A stretch of DNA of 64,000 nt from Planctomicrobium piriforme. Its GTDB lineage: Bacteria; Planctomycetota; Planctomycetia; Pirellulales; UBA1268. A program made the position numbers and the translations under genes. Under the pieces are notes generated by a model, which had not been told where the DNA came from, searched no databases, and saw only the letters and a program-made list of their open reading frames with translations. Every line of letters starts with the position of its first letter. Positions within the stretch are counted from its first letter, which is position 1. The stretch spans positions 9,001 to 73,000 of the forward strand of contig CAMBUD010000004.1 in NCBI GenBank assembly GCA_945871035.1, given 5' to 3'. Positions 19,245 through 29,321 of the stretch are shown here, piece by piece.

Positions 19245-20306
19245 TCACTGTTCCTCGAGCCCATGTTCGAGCAGCTTTTTACGCAGCGTATTGCGATTGA
19301 TGCCGAGACGAACGGCGGCCTTCAGTTGCACGCCATTGCAGGCGGCAAGCATCTGTGAAATAAGTTCGCGTTCGACACGGCTGACAATGCGTTCAAATAA
19401 GTTGTCATCTGCCGGATCACAGGTCGTCATACCCTGCTCGACTAAGTCGCGGGCCAAGCTGTCGAGATCGCCGCCGCGGCCTGGCATGGAGACAGTCGCC
19501 TTGTGGCCACTGATAGTCGCCGGCAGTAAGTCGAGCGTAATCTCATCGCTCGTGGCCATGACAACGCAACGCTCGACAACGTTTTGCAACTCGCGCACGT
19601 TTCCCGGCCAATGGTATTTGAGCAACGACTCCAACGAGTCTTTCTGAATGTGGACAACATAGCGGTCGTTCTCTTCGTTGTAGTATTCAAGAAAATGGCT
19701 GAGGAGTAGAGGAATATCTTCGCGTCGGGCGCGCAAGGGAGGCAAATAAATCGGCACGACATTGAGCCGGTAGTAAAGATCCTCGCGAAAGTTTTCTTTT
19801 GCCACTTCGTCGAGAAGTTCGCGGTTGCTAGCTGCAATCACCCGGGTGTCGACGCTGATTGTTTCGGTGTCGCCTACCCGCTCAAACTCACGTTCCTGAA
19901 GCACTCGCAATAATTTCACTTGCAGTTGCGGCGTCGTGGAATTGATTTCATCCAAAAAGATCGTGCCGGTGTGGGCTGCCTCAAAGCGACCGGTGCGATT
20001 GGCGACTGCGCCGGTGAACGCCCCGCGTACATGGCCAAAAAGTTCGCTTTCTAAGAGGCTCTCAGAAAGAGCCCCGCAGTTCACGCGTACAAATGGGCCG
20101 CTGCTGCGCGACGAGAGTTGATGAATGGCCTTGGCAACGAGCTCCTTGCCCGTGCCCGTTTCTCCGATCAGGAGCACCGAGGCGTTGGATGCGGCCACGC
20201 GTCGCGTCATGGCGTAGACGCCCATCATCGCTGGACCCGAACCGATCAGGCCTTGAATGGGCGATGCGGTCTGATCGTCACCGAATTGGGCGTGAGTGCG
20301 GAGCAT
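19245..20306 (-). CDS. Sigma-54-dependent transcriptional activator (AAA+ EBP with Fis-type HTH) lacking an N-terminal sensory domain
   Basis: Walker A 'GETGTGKE', 'ESELFGH', sigma-54 contact loop 'GAFTGA', Walker B 'GTIFLDEI', 'RVIAASN', '[10 protein letters not shown]', C-terminal HTH '[22 protein letters not shown]'. Only ~20 aa precede 'LIGSGPAM'. Confidence 0.9.
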   Translation of the reverse strand: MLRTHAQFGDDQTASPIQGLIGSGPAMMGVYAMTRRVAASNASVLLIGETGTGKELVAKAIHQLSSRSSGPFVRVNCGALSESLLESELFGHVRGAFTGAVANRTGRFEAAHTGTIFLDEINSTTPQLQVKLLRVLQEREFERVGDTETISVDTRVIAASNRELLDEVAKENFREDLYYRLNVVPIYLPPLRARREDIPLLLSHFLEYYNEENDRYVVHIQKDSLESLLKYHWPGNVRELQNVVERCVVMATSDEITLDLLPATISGHKATVSMPGRGGDLDSLARDLVEQGMTTCDPADDNLFERIVSRVERELISQMLAACNGVQLKAAVRLGINRNTLRKKLLEHGLEEQ

Positions 20307-22686
20307 CAGCGGTGCTGGGGGTAAGTTGTGTACGCGGCGTTTCGAGCACGTCCAAAATGGCGCCGATCACTTCGCGGCTTTCCCGATTGGTGGCTCGATT
20401 GTACCGCGTGTAAGTGGCCAGCAGCGGCCCACTTTCGAGCAGGACGCCAAAATGCTGCACGCTGGTGCGAAAGGCTGTCAGAGCAATTGTTTTGCGGTCG
20501 AGCGACAGATCGCTCCGGTCCAACTCTGCCACGATTGCTTGCTGCGCTGCGCCACTGCCGAGCGTTGAGAGCAGCGCAATTGCTGGGGCAAACAGCTCTT
20601 CTTGGGTGAGCGCGAGCGTGGCGATGGGTGTGGCTGCTGACAGATCCCATCCCCGGCGGGACAATTTATTGAGGAGCCAGAGCGACTTTCTGGCTCGTTC
20701 GAGGCGGGCCATCAAACAGGTTTGACGCATGGCCGGCACAACGGCTTGGGGGCCGGCTACCCGCAATAAAGCATCGGGGAAACGGGCCTTTGCAAGCACC
20801 GCACCGGTTTGCGGATGGCGTGTGGGTTGGAAAAAGCTATCGAGTCGATCAACGATCTCCACAGCTGGTCGTTCCGAAAACTTCATGATTTGTCGCGTTA
20901 AGAACGCCCCATTCTGATCGTCGTCCAGTGGATCCACCACGAGCATCACCGGCGGAATGTCGCCCGCCGGTTGCCGGCGAAGCAACTGCACGGTTTCATA
21001 TGCCGTGGGGGTGGTGATGCGCGCTGACAGCAGCACAAGCACGGTATCGCTGCTTTGGCGTGCCGCAAAAATAGCGTCACGACCAGTCGAGACACGCACC
21101 GTTTGGTAGCCAAACCGAGACACTCCCGTTGCCAGCAGTTGCGCAATCGCCGGATCGGAATGTGCCACAACAGCCCGGTCGATACCAGTGGCGGTGGCGG
21201 CAGATAAGAGCGTTAAAACAACGCGACTGGTCCCTGGATAAGACGCATCACCGGCAGCCAGAACCAGTGCCCGCGCTGCCTCAAATTGCAGCCCGCTATC
21301 GGGCTGATCCAAAGCCCGCACCAAAGCCTTGCGAACGACAGGGGGCAGCGGTGCGGTCTGGTCGGTGCCGGTCGCAGCCGTTTGCCCCAGCGCGCGTGCC
21401 GCGGCGGCAGCCGCTTGAACCATGCCGCGGGCCACGGCCATATCGAGCACATCGGCTACGGTTTCAACATCAAAACCGACGGGGCCTGTCAGCACGTCTC
21501 GCAGCTGTGCAGGCTTGAGCTGTTCCAGTGCCGTCAGCGGATTGGGGGTCAGCGTGAGCGTTGCTTCTAGCTGTGCCAGCAATACGAGCCTGACGGTGGC
21601 GGAATCATCAGCCTGCAAAGCGGAGAGATCGCGGGCTAAATGCAGCGCTTCCAAGGCCCGTGCGGCCGCCAGCGGCAGGGCGCGCCGCTGGATGCTTTTG
21701 GTTTTCCCATCCCAGAGAAAGCGATCCACGGTCGGTTCAATGAGCGTCCTGTCTGCCCCGTCAGCAGCGGCAAAACTGCTGCCGGATTGCAGAAGTTGAT
21801 CGGCGGATAACCGGCCGGTTGGCAGGAGCAGTTGGTCGAGGCGTTGCCGCAGACTGTCGATCGCAGCTGCCGGGGATTGGTCAGCAGCACGGCGCTTGAG
21901 CAGCGCGGTCGCCTGCTGCTGGGCCAGTGGCGGCGTACCGGCCACCAACGATGGAGCGACCAAAAAAATAGCAATATCTTGAGCCTCGCAGGCATCGAGG
22001 GCCGCAATCACGCCGCTCCAATGTGCGAGATCATCCGAGCCCAGCCACGCAAGCAGCGGTTGCCGGGCGCTGTTGCCGAGATTCTGCAGGAGCCCCACAG
22101 CGATGCTACGTGCCGGTTCTTTCACGCCCTCGTCGGTTTGTAAAAGATCGACCAGCACGGGAATCGCATCGACGCCTGCTCGGCTCAGTTGATTGGCTGC
22201 ATTCAGCCGCAGACTGCGATCACCACCACCAAGCGCAGCGCCCGCCTGAGCCAATCGCTTGGGATCGCGCCGCCGCACCTGCGCTGCCTCACGCATCGCG
22301 TCGAGCAGCGGACTCACGCGGGGATCGAGAGCTCCAAGCTCGCGATTCAATTGGTTAAGGGTTGCAGAGTTTGTGGTGTCGCCCAGATCCGCTAGCAGCC
22401 GCAAGCGGTCGTCGCCAGCCTTATCGAGTAGATTGAAAAGGAGCTTGAAATAGTCGAGCGCAGTCGCGAGAGCGTCCACCTCAGTGGCCCGGATCACGGC
22501 ATCGAGCAGTTGGGGTGCTGTGGTGCGTTGGGGCTCGGCGAGCGAATCAACAACCGCTTGAGAAAGCGAGTCGAGTGGTTGATCGACGAAAGGCTCAGCG
22601 CATGCGGGTTGGGCAGTCAAAACGATCGCCGCACAGATACAGACAACCGCTAGACATTTTTTTTGCGTGGCCCGCGTTGCCGCCAT
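20278..22686 (-). CDS. Signal-peptide protein with HEAT-like repeats and a receiver-like (pseudo-receiver) domain
   Basis: 802 aa from ATG 22686 ('[30 protein letters not shown]'). HEAT/PBS-lyase-like '[42 protein letters not shown]'. Receiver-like '[68 protein letters not shown]', with Ser where the phospho-Asp is expected. The 3-prime end overlaps the EBP start by 29 nt. Confidence 0.6.
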   Translation of the reverse strand: MAATRATQKKCLAVVCICAAIVLTAQPACAEPFVDQPLDSLSQAVVDSLAEPQRTTAPQLLDAVIRATEVDALATALDYFKLLFNLLDKAGDDRLRLLADLGDTTNSATLNQLNRELGALDPRVSPLLDAMREAAQVRRRDPKRLAQAGAALGGGDRSLRLNAANQLSRAGVDAIPVLVDLLQTDEGVKEPARSIAVGLLQNLGNSARQPLLAWLGSDDLAHWSGVIAALDACEAQDIAIFLVAPSLVAGTPPLAQQQATALLKRRAADQSPAAAIDSLRQRLDQLLLPTGRLSADQLLQSGSSFAAADGADRTLIEPTVDRFLWDGKTKSIQRRALPLAAARALEALHLARDLSALQADDSATVRLVLLAQLEATLTLTPNPLTALEQLKPAQLRDVLTGPVGFDVETVADVLDMAVARGMVQAAAAAARALGQTAATGTDQTAPLPPVVRKALVRALDQPDSGLQFEAARALVLAAGDASYPGTSRVVLTLLSAATATGIDRAVVAHSDPAIAQLLATGVSRFGYQTVRVSTGRDAIFAARQSSDTVLVLLSARITTPTAYETVQLLRRQPAGDIPPVMLVVDPLDDDQNGAFLTRQIMKFSERPAVEIVDRLDSFFQPTRHPQTGAVLAKARFPDALLRVAGPQAVVPAMRQTCLMARLERARKSLWLLNKLSRRGWDLSAATPIATLALTQEELFAPAIALLSTLGSGAAQQAIVAELDRSDLSLDRKTIALTAFRTSVQHFGVLLESGPLLATYTRYNRATNRESREVIGAILDVLETPRTQLTPSTADAPHSRPIR

Positions 22687-22763
22687 GCCTAACTGGCCAA
22701 CGGGAAAAACGGAGCATTTTTTTTTGGTTGGAACCGTCGGCAACACGCGCACGCCCCCCGGCA

Positions 22764-24194
22764 TTAGGCATCGGCAGACGAAAACAAACGCTGCTGCCAC
22801 AGAGCCATTTGGTCGGCTACACGGGCGGGTGCAGTGGAGCCGAAACTGTCCATCCGCTCAACCGCCCTGAATGCCCCAAGTGCACTGCGCAGGGTGCCGT
22901 CCCAGCCTGCGCATTCTCGCGAAAACTCCTGATCGGTAAGCTCTGTCAGCGAAACGTTTCTGGTCATTGCCTGCCGCACAAGGTGGCCGACCGTCTCGTG
23001 TGCAGTGCGTTGTGGCATGCCTTGGGCGATCAGCGCTTCCATCAAACTCGTGGCATCGAGATGACCGCGACCGAGGGTCGCCACCACGCGGGCGTGGTCA
23101 AACTTCGTGCCCGCCACCAGCGGCGCTGCCACGCCCAGCATCGCTTGCAGCGTATCGATCGAATCGAAGATCGATTCCTTGTCCTCCTGCAGATCGCGGT
23201 TGTAGGCGGTCGGCAACCCTTTGAGCAGCACCAGCAGCGACTGCACGTTGCCGATCATGCGGGCCGATTTGCCACGTATCAACTCCAGCACATCCGGATT
23301 GATTTTCTGCGGCATGATCGAGCTGCCGGTGCAGAAGCCCTCGGGCAGCTGCAAAAACCCAAACTCTTCTGTGCTCCAGAGAATCCATTCCTCGGCCCAC
23401 TGCGAGAGGTGTACCGCAGCGAGCGACAAGACAAACGCCAGTTCGCAAACGAAGTCGCGGTCGCTTGCCGCATCGAGGCTATTCGCCGCAACAGCAGTGA
23501 AACCGAGTGCATGTTTCACATGCTCACGATCGATTGGCAGACTGGTTCCAGCCAACGCACCAGAACCGAGCGGGAGCACGTTGGTACGGCCTCGGCAATC
23601 GGCCAACCGTTCACGATCGCGGGCAAACTTCTCGCACCATGACAGCAGTTGGTGTGATGCCAGCACCGGTTGCGCGCGTCTCAGATGCGTGTAGCCGGGG
23701 ATCACGAGCCCCTGTTCACGCATTGCAAAACCGAGGAAGGAGCGTTGCAGTTCTAAAAGCCCGCCATCGATGCGATCCATTGCGTGCCGGCAATAGAGCC
23801 TGAGATCAGTGGCAACCTGATCGTTGCGGCTGCGCGCTGTATGCAACTTGCGACCGATGTCGCCGAGTTTTGTTGTCAGTGCCGATTCGATGTGAAGGTG
23901 GATGTCTTCCTTGGCAGCCGTAAACTCGAAGCGACCAGCAGTGATCTCGCCGCGAATCTCTTCGAGGCCATCGACAATGGCAGTGGCTTCCTCAGCCGTG
24001 ATGATTTCACAGGCGGCCAGCATTCTTGCGTGAGCAATGGAACCGTCGATGTCGTGATCGGCTAGACGCTTGTCAAACGACACGCTTTCCGAGAACGACT
24101 CGACGCGTTTGTCGGTCGGCTCACGAAAGACACCGCCCCATACTTTTTGCGGCCCATTGGCCGACGCCTGCTGTGAATCGTTCGACTGTGGCAC
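22764..24194 (-). CDS. argH: Argininosuccinate lyase
   Basis: 'VWGGVFREPTDKRVESFSESVSFDKRLADHDIDGSIAHARML', 'HTARSRNDQVATD', 'PGYTHLRRAQP', fumarate-lyase signature 'GSSIMPQKINPD'. Confidence 0.93.
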   Translation of the reverse strand: MPQSNDSQQASANGPQKVWGGVFREPTDKRVESFSESVSFDKRLADHDIDGSIAHARMLAACEIITAEEATAIVDGLEEIRGEITAGRFEFTAAKEDIHLHIESALTTKLGDIGRKLHTARSRNDQVATDLRLYCRHAMDRIDGGLLELQRSFLGFAMREQGLVIPGYTHLRRAQPVLASHQLLSWCEKFARDRERLADCRGRTNVLPLGSGALAGTSLPIDREHVKHALGFTAVAANSLDAASDRDFVCELAFVLSLAAVHLSQWAEEWILWSTEEFGFLQLPEGFCTGSSIMPQKINPDVLELIRGKSARMIGNVQSLLVLLKGLPTAYNRDLQEDKESIFDSIDTLQAMLGVAAPLVAGTKFDHARVVATLGRGHLDATSLMEALIAQGMPQRTAHETVGHLVRQAMTRNVSLTELTDQEFSRECAGWDGTLRSALGAFRAVERMDSFGSTAPARVADQMALWQQRLFSSADA

Positions 24195-24355
24195 GGATAA
24201 TTCCTAGGGAAACCGGCGGGAAAGAAAACCGCTGTCCAGCCTACTTGTAAATTGGTGACGAATGGAAATCCACCCAACGAGCGCCGATCCCTCTGCCAGG
24301 CCCTTTGGCTCAGGCCCTAGGTCGGCAATCGTCGCCTTCGGCTACAGTGTTCAGC

Positions 24356-26473
24356 ATGACGCATTCAGATGATTTCCTGAAGCCCGACGGTCGGCTTTCG
24401 GCTCGACTAGCAGGCTGGGAATCGCGGCCGCAGCAGTTGGAGATGGCCAACTTGGTTACTGCGGCGATCGCAGCGCGCGCCCATGCCATTGTGGAAGCTG
24501 GCACTGGGGTTGGCAAAAGCCTTGCCTACCTCGTGCCTGCGGTGCTCGCCGCCACGGCCGATCAGACGGAAGCACCCAGCCCCACCGACTTCGATCACGA
24601 CCTCGATCACGACTTTGACCCAGACTTCGCATCCAACCCCGACTCCGACAACGCTGCGGCTGACGATGCCGAAAAAATCATTGCAACTCGGCCCAGACGC
24701 ATTGTCATTTCAACGCACACCATCGCCTTGCAAGAACAGCTCATCAACAAAGACATCCCGCTGGTTGCCGCCGTTATGCCGCGGGAATTTTCTGCCGTAC
24801 TCGTGAAGGGTCGCGGCAACTATGTGAGCTTGCGGCGACTGGCGCTCGCCTTGGAACGGGGAGGGAGTTTATTTCAAGACCACGCGGAACTGCGCGAACT
24901 GCACGACCTCAGTACCTGGGCCAAGCACACCGCCGACGGCTCGCTCGCTGATCTGCCATTTGTGCCGAGCCATGCCATCTGGGATGAAGTTCAAAGCGAC
25001 TCTGGCAACTGCATGGGTCGCGCCTGTCCCACTCACCAACAGTGCCACTACTATGCTGCCCGTCGGCGGATGGCCCATGCGCAGGTGCTCGTCGTCAATC
25101 ACGCGCTGTTCTTCTCCGACCTCTCCTTGCGGCGTGGCAACGGCAGCCTCTTGCCCAATTATGATGTCGTGATCTTCGATGAGGCGCACATGGTGGAGGG
25201 AGTGGCGGGAGAGCATCTTGGCATCAGTGCATCCAGTGGCGCGGTCGATCGCGTGCTCTCTAAACTCTACAACGAACGCACCCACCGCGGCCTGCTCGTG
25301 CATTATTCGATCAAGGATCTTGAGCTTGAAGTGCTGCGCTGCCGGCGGGCCGCAGACGTTTTCTTCACCGCTATTCGATCGGCATGTGCGTCGCAAGGGG
25401 ACCCGCCGTGGCGTGTTGTGGTGAAGAATCTGGTTGCCGATACGCTTGGAGAATCGTTGCTTATTCTGGCAAGAAAGCTGCGGGCTGCCGCCGATGCAAT
25501 TTCTAATGAAGCTGAGCGACACGATTTCTTTTCACTCTCTGATCGACTGACGGCAATCGCCGGATCTGTGCATGCGTGGCTGGAACAGAGCGAGGCTGGA
25601 AGCGTGTGGTGGGTCGAGTCGCAACGCACGCGGCGGGGCTGGGAACGGATCAAGCTCTCCAGTGCGCCGGTCGACGTAGGCGCAACGCTCAAGCGGGAAC
25701 TCTTCGACCGCGTCGGCACGGTCATTCTGACCAGCGCCACGCTGGCAATTGGTGGCAAAACAGAGAGCGAGGATGCAGAGCAGACAACCGACCCATTCTC
25801 ATTTTTGCGTGGTCGCCTCGGGTTGGGAAAAACTCGCAGTGCGCGACTGGGCAGTCCATTTAACTATAGCGAGCAGGCCGAACTGATCCTCGTCGACAAG
25901 CTCCCGAATCCGTCCGATCGAGCAGCCTACGATGCAGCCGTGGTGCAAATGATCCGCCGCTATGTTACCCGCAGCGCAGGCCGAGCCTTAGTGCTCTTTA
26001 CGAGTATCTCCTCGCTGACACAGGCCTCGGTGGCTCTCGGCGCTTGGTGCACCAAGCAGGGCTACCGATTTGTGAGTCAGGCCGACGGCCTCAACCGCTC
26101 ACAGATGCTCGCCGATTTTCGTGAAGGCCCGGCTAGTGTGCTATTTGGCACGGACGGTTTTTGGCAAGGCATCGACTTAGCTGGCGAGCAACTCGTGAAC
26201 GTGATCATCACGAAGCTTCCATTCGCTGTGCCGGACAGGCCGCTTGTGGCTGCCCGCATCGAAGCGATTAGAGCCGCGGGCGGCAACCCGTTCATGGATT
26301 ACCAACTACCCGATGCGGTACTGAAACTCAAGCAAGGCTTTGGACGACTGGTGCGCACGCACGAAGATTACGGCACAGTAGTGATTCTCGATCCGCGCAT
26401 GCTCACGAAGCCGTATGGGAGGATCTTTTTGGAAAGCTTGCCGCCGGCCCGTCTGACAGTGGAACAATTGTGA
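24356..26473 (+). CDS. dinG: ATP-dependent DNA helicase, DinG/Rad3 (XPD-like) family
   Basis: Walker A '[16 protein letters not shown]', DEAH box '[10 protein letters not shown]', Cys-rich segment '[15 protein letters not shown]', C-terminal '[14 protein letters not shown]', 'QGFGRLVR'. Acidic insert '[14 protein letters not shown]'. ATG 24356 chosen over TTG 24305. Confidence 0.85.
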   Translation: MTHSDDFLKPDGRLSARLAGWESRPQQLEMANLVTAAIAARAHAIVEAGTGVGKSLAYLVPAVLAATADQTEAPSPTDFDHDLDHDFDPDFASNPDSDNAAADDAEKIIATRPRRIVISTHTIALQEQLINKDIPLVAAVMPREFSAVLVKGRGNYVSLRRLALALERGGSLFQDHAELRELHDLSTWAKHTADGSLADLPFVPSHAIWDEVQSDSGNCMGRACPTHQQCHYYAARRRMAHAQVLVVNHALFFSDLSLRRGNGSLLPNYDVVIFDEAHMVEGVAGEHLGISASSGAVDRVLSKLYNERTHRGLLVHYSIKDLELEVLRCRRAADVFFTAIRSACASQGDPPWRVVVKNLVADTLGESLLILARKLRAAADAISNEAERHDFFSLSDRLTAIAGSVHAWLEQSEAGSVWWVESQRTRRGWERIKLSSAPVDVGATLKRELFDRVGTVILTSATLAIGGKTESEDAEQTTDPFSFLRGRLGLGKTRSARLGSPFNYSEQAELILVDKLPNPSDRAAYDAAVVQMIRRYVTRSAGRALVLFTSISSLTQASVALGAWCTKQGYRFVSQADGLNRSQMLADFREGPASVLFGTDGFWQGIDLAGEQLVNVIITKLPFAVPDRPLVAARIEAIRAAGGNPFMDYQLPDAVLKLKQGFGRLVRTHEDYGTVVILDPRMLTKPYGRIFLESLPPARLTVEQL

Positions 26474-26478
26474 TCGCT

Positions 26479-27228
26479 CTACGAGCGGATCAGTTCGAGC
26501 TCGGCCCACGTGGTGGGATCGCTCTCCCAAGGGAATTCCACCGGAGCACAAAGCGGGATTTGTCCGAGTCGTCGGTCAACAATCGCAGCGAAAAAACCGA
26601 GGTGGGGCAGTTCGACGGGATCCCAGCCGGGCAGTGCAGTCGCAGCGATGCAGGCGTCGATCCGCCAGCCATCTGCCGCTAGCTGGCTCTCAATGGAGAT
26701 GGAGCCAGCCGGCATCTCGGGAGGCATTTCACTGGTGCGCGGAATTGCAACCGCCAGGGCGATAGGTTTATCGGCACGCTGTCCGCCTCCGGTTGGCAGC
26801 AGTGCCAGCCGACGACAGTAGCGGCCAGCCCGATGGCTTTCGCCGGTGGGATGGGTGGCGATCCACAGATGCAGTCCGTCGCTATCCTCTGGTCGTGTTG
26901 GCTGGCACCAAGGGGAGGCACCGCTGCCAGTGAACATTGCCCGCACGCCGAGCCCTTCATCGTTCCACGCCAGCCACAGCGTGAGCAGATCGGGCACGTT
27001 GGACACTGCAGCTAGCGATGGCAGCCGGCAGCGTTCGTCGATGCCCGACAACGGTGGCGGCCAAAGTTTTTTGCGCTGCTGACAGGGAAAACGAAATCTG
27101 AAAAGCGCAGCGGGATTGACGAGTGGGCTCATGGCTTTGGCGGCGACAGTGAGGAGCTTGCTAGCTGGAGAGGGCAGACGGCAAAAGTGAAGAATATCAG
27201 GAAGTGGTTTGGGGTGTGCTTGCCCCAT
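26479..27228 (-). CDS. Hypothetical protein (possibly a carbohydrate-binding/DOMON-like beta-sandwich)
   Basis: 249-aa ORF, convergent with the helicase and divergent from glgA. 'LWLAWNDEGLGVRAMF...SDGLHLWIATH' is reminiscent of CBM9-like proteins, a weak recollection only. Alternative start at ATG 27132. Confidence 0.4.
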   Translation of the reverse strand: MGQAHPKPLPDILHFCRLPSPASKLLTVAAKAMSPLVNPAALFRFRFPCQQRKKLWPPPLSGIDERCRLPSLAAVSNVPDLLTLWLAWNDEGLGVRAMFTGSGASPWCQPTRPEDSDGLHLWIATHPTGESHRAGRYCRRLALLPTGGGQRADKPIALAVAIPRTSEMPPEMPAGSISIESQLAADGWRIDACIAATALPGWDPVELPHLGFFAAIVDRRLGQIPLCAPVEFPWESDPTTWAELELIRS

Positions 27229-27297
27229 TGACAGCCATCAGCCACAACTACAGAGCGTAAACGGGCTTGGAAAGAACCAACCGAAAAAATAGCGGCA

Positions 27298-28779
27298 ATG
27301 CGTGTTTTACAGGTGGCCAGCGAGGCGACTCCCTTTGCCAAGACCGGCGGATTAGCCGACGTCGTCGGGTGCTTGCCGGATGCGCTGTCGCGTTTGGGCT
27401 GCGACGTGACGCTGGTGATCCCAGCCTACCGCGAGGTGTTGTCCAAGGGGTTCGAGATTGAACATACGGGTCTATCATTTGAGGTGCCACTGGGAACGCG
27501 GCGATTGCAGGCGCAAATCCTCCGCGGCCGTCTCCCCGGCTGCTCGGCCATGGTCTTTCTGATTGCCAACGACGAATGTTTCGATCGGCCCACGCTCTAC
27601 GGTGGCGCTGAAGACTATCCCGATAATGCAGAACGCTTTATCTTCTTCTCCCGCGCAGCAATCGAATTGGCAGCCCGCCAAGATCGTCCCTTCGACATCA
27701 TCCATTGCCATGATTGGCAGACAGGCCTCGTATCGGCCTACCAAAAACTGCTCTATCGATCATCGCCCATGCTGAGCCAGTCCCGAACGGTGCTGACGAT
27801 CCACAACATGGCCTATCAAGGTCTGTTCTGGCACTGGGACATGCTGCTCACTGGTCTGGATTGGAAATACTTTAACTGGCAACAGATGGAGTTTTACGGC
27901 CAGTTGAATCTGCTCAAAACGGGGCTCGTTTTTTCCGATGCAATCAGCACGGTGAGCCCCAACTATGCGAGAGAAATTCAGAAGGCGCCCGGTGGCCATG
28001 GCCTCGAAGGCGTGCTGGCTTCGCGCAGCGATGTGCTGAGAGGAATCGTTAACGGCATCGACACAACCGTTTGGAATCCTGGCAGCGACCCACACATTCC
28101 GCGTTTGTACTCGGCGCACGACTTCGATGCGGGCAAGTATGCCGCGCGGGTGGCATTGGCTGCCCGCTTGGGGCATGCGGCGCCCGATGCTCGGCCCTTG
28201 GTGGCTTTTGTGGGCAGATTGGTTGAGCAAAAAGGGGTGGAGTTCATCGTGGAATTGATGAGCCGAATGGCCGGTAGCGGTCGGGCACATTTTATCGTGC
28301 TCGGCACTGGTAGTCGCAGTAGCGAGGAAGCATTGCAGCGAGTGGCCGCTTCGTTTCCTGGCACCATTGATCTGATCATCGGCTTTGATGAGACACTTGC
28401 CCACCTGGTGCAGGCAGCCGCGGACATGATGCTCATGCCGAGCCTCTACGAACCGTGCGGGCTGACACAACTCTATGCCCTGCGCTACGGCACAATCCCG
28501 ATCGTGCGTGCAACAGGAGGCTTGGTCGATACGATTGTCGACACCACCCCAGAAACGCTGCACAACAAAACGGCCAACGGCTTTTCATTTACGGCATTTG
28601 ATTCACTGGCCCTAGAGCATGCTCTCACACGGGCCCTCGATGCGCATCGCAACCGCGAATTGTGGAGCGGCTTGGTGCAACAGGCGATGGGACAGGATTG
28701 GTCGTGGGATGCCAGTGCCCGTGAGTACCTGCAGCTCTTTAGAGAGACGCAAGCTAGGACGCCTGCAACGGTGCGGTAG
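27298..28779 (+). CDS. glgA: Glycogen synthase (ADP-glucose type, GT5)
   Basis: 'MRVLQVASEATPFAKTGGLADVVGCLP', 'IIHCHDWQTGL', 'TIHNMAYQG', 'FVGRLVEQKG', 'MPSLYEPCGLTQLYALRYGTIPIVRATGGLVDT'. Confidence 0.93.
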   Translation: MRVLQVASEATPFAKTGGLADVVGCLPDALSRLGCDVTLVIPAYREVLSKGFEIEHTGLSFEVPLGTRRLQAQILRGRLPGCSAMVFLIANDECFDRPTLYGGAEDYPDNAERFIFFSRAAIELAARQDRPFDIIHCHDWQTGLVSAYQKLLYRSSPMLSQSRTVLTIHNMAYQGLFWHWDMLLTGLDWKYFNWQQMEFYGQLNLLKTGLVFSDAISTVSPNYAREIQKAPGGHGLEGVLASRSDVLRGIVNGIDTTVWNPGSDPHIPRLYSAHDFDAGKYAARVALAARLGHAAPDARPLVAFVGRLVEQKGVEFIVELMSRMAGSGRAHFIVLGTGSRSSEEALQRVAASFPGTIDLIIGFDETLAHLVQAAADMMLMPSLYEPCGLTQLYALRYGTIPIVRATGGLVDTIVDTTPETLHNKTANGFSFTAFDSLALEHALTRALDAHRNRELWSGLVQQAMGQDWSWDASAREYLQLFRETQARTPATVR

Positions 28780-28913
28780 TTTTTAAAAACAGGTAAGCCG
28801 GGGGATTTCGGCGAAGATGCTGGCGCTGCAACCGGCTCTGAGAATGCATCACTCAGTCCAGTGGCTCTATTTTGAGCAATCGATCGCGGTGCTTTCGGCC
28901 GATACCTCTGAGT

Positions 28914-29294
28914 ATGAAAGCGTTCCCAAACCAGACTATTGGCTACCGGCTCACGATGCTGGCAGCGGCTCTTTTCCTGACGAGTTGCATGGGCGGAACG
29001 ATTCTTGCCGATGAGGCCTGTCGGGAGTGTTGTCCAAAAGCGCGGCGGTTGCAAAGCCCTTGTGGAGACACAGGCTGCGGCCCCATGTACCACGGCGCTG
29101 TGCACGAAGAAGCCAACTGTCCTGATCCCTGCGACGGCTGCAACCGCTGGTACGGTTGCAATCAAGCCCGCGAACTGCCGGACCTGTTGGCCCCGTGGCA
29201 ATTGCCCCCGGGTCGCGGATTTCAGTGGCCCAGTCAACTCGGATATGCCAGCGGCCCCTGTCGAGAGTGCCGCCCACGGCTGTGGCCTTGGTGA
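28914..29294 (+). CDS. Small Cys-rich putative lipoprotein
   Basis: 126 aa from ATG 28914. Signal with lipobox-like 'LFLTSC'. 12 Cys in CxxC-type pairs ('CRECC', 'CGDTGC', 'CPDPCDGC', 'CRECR'). Confidence 0.45.
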   Translation: MKAFPNQTIGYRLTMLAAALFLTSCMGGTILADEACRECCPKARRLQSPCGDTGCGPMYHGAVHEEANCPDPCDGCNRWYGCNQARELPDLLAPWQLPPGRGFQWPSQLGYASGPCRECRPRLWPW

Positions 29295-29321
29295 GAAAAG
29301 TCTTTTTTGCGGAGCGATTGT

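Noticed and set aside
22515-23642. 375-aa ORF on the plus strand.
   Set aside because: It is entirely antisense to argH, whose identity is unambiguous. Its Arg/His/Cys-rich composition is typical of shadow ORFs in high-GC DNA. The same reasoning rejects 7274-8269(-), 18464-19264(-), 27760-28563(-), 28485-29237(-), 14842-15636(-), 35134-35925(-), 47444-48220(-), 50496-51293(+), 51852-53625(+), 56475-57239(+) and 60898-61698(-).
24590-24660. Periodic 'GAC..GAT CAC GAC' DNA encoding '[14 protein letters not shown]' in the helicase, considered as a possible repeat element.
   Set aside because: It is in-frame low-complexity acidic coding sequence within a well-supported gene and gives no evidence of an independent element.
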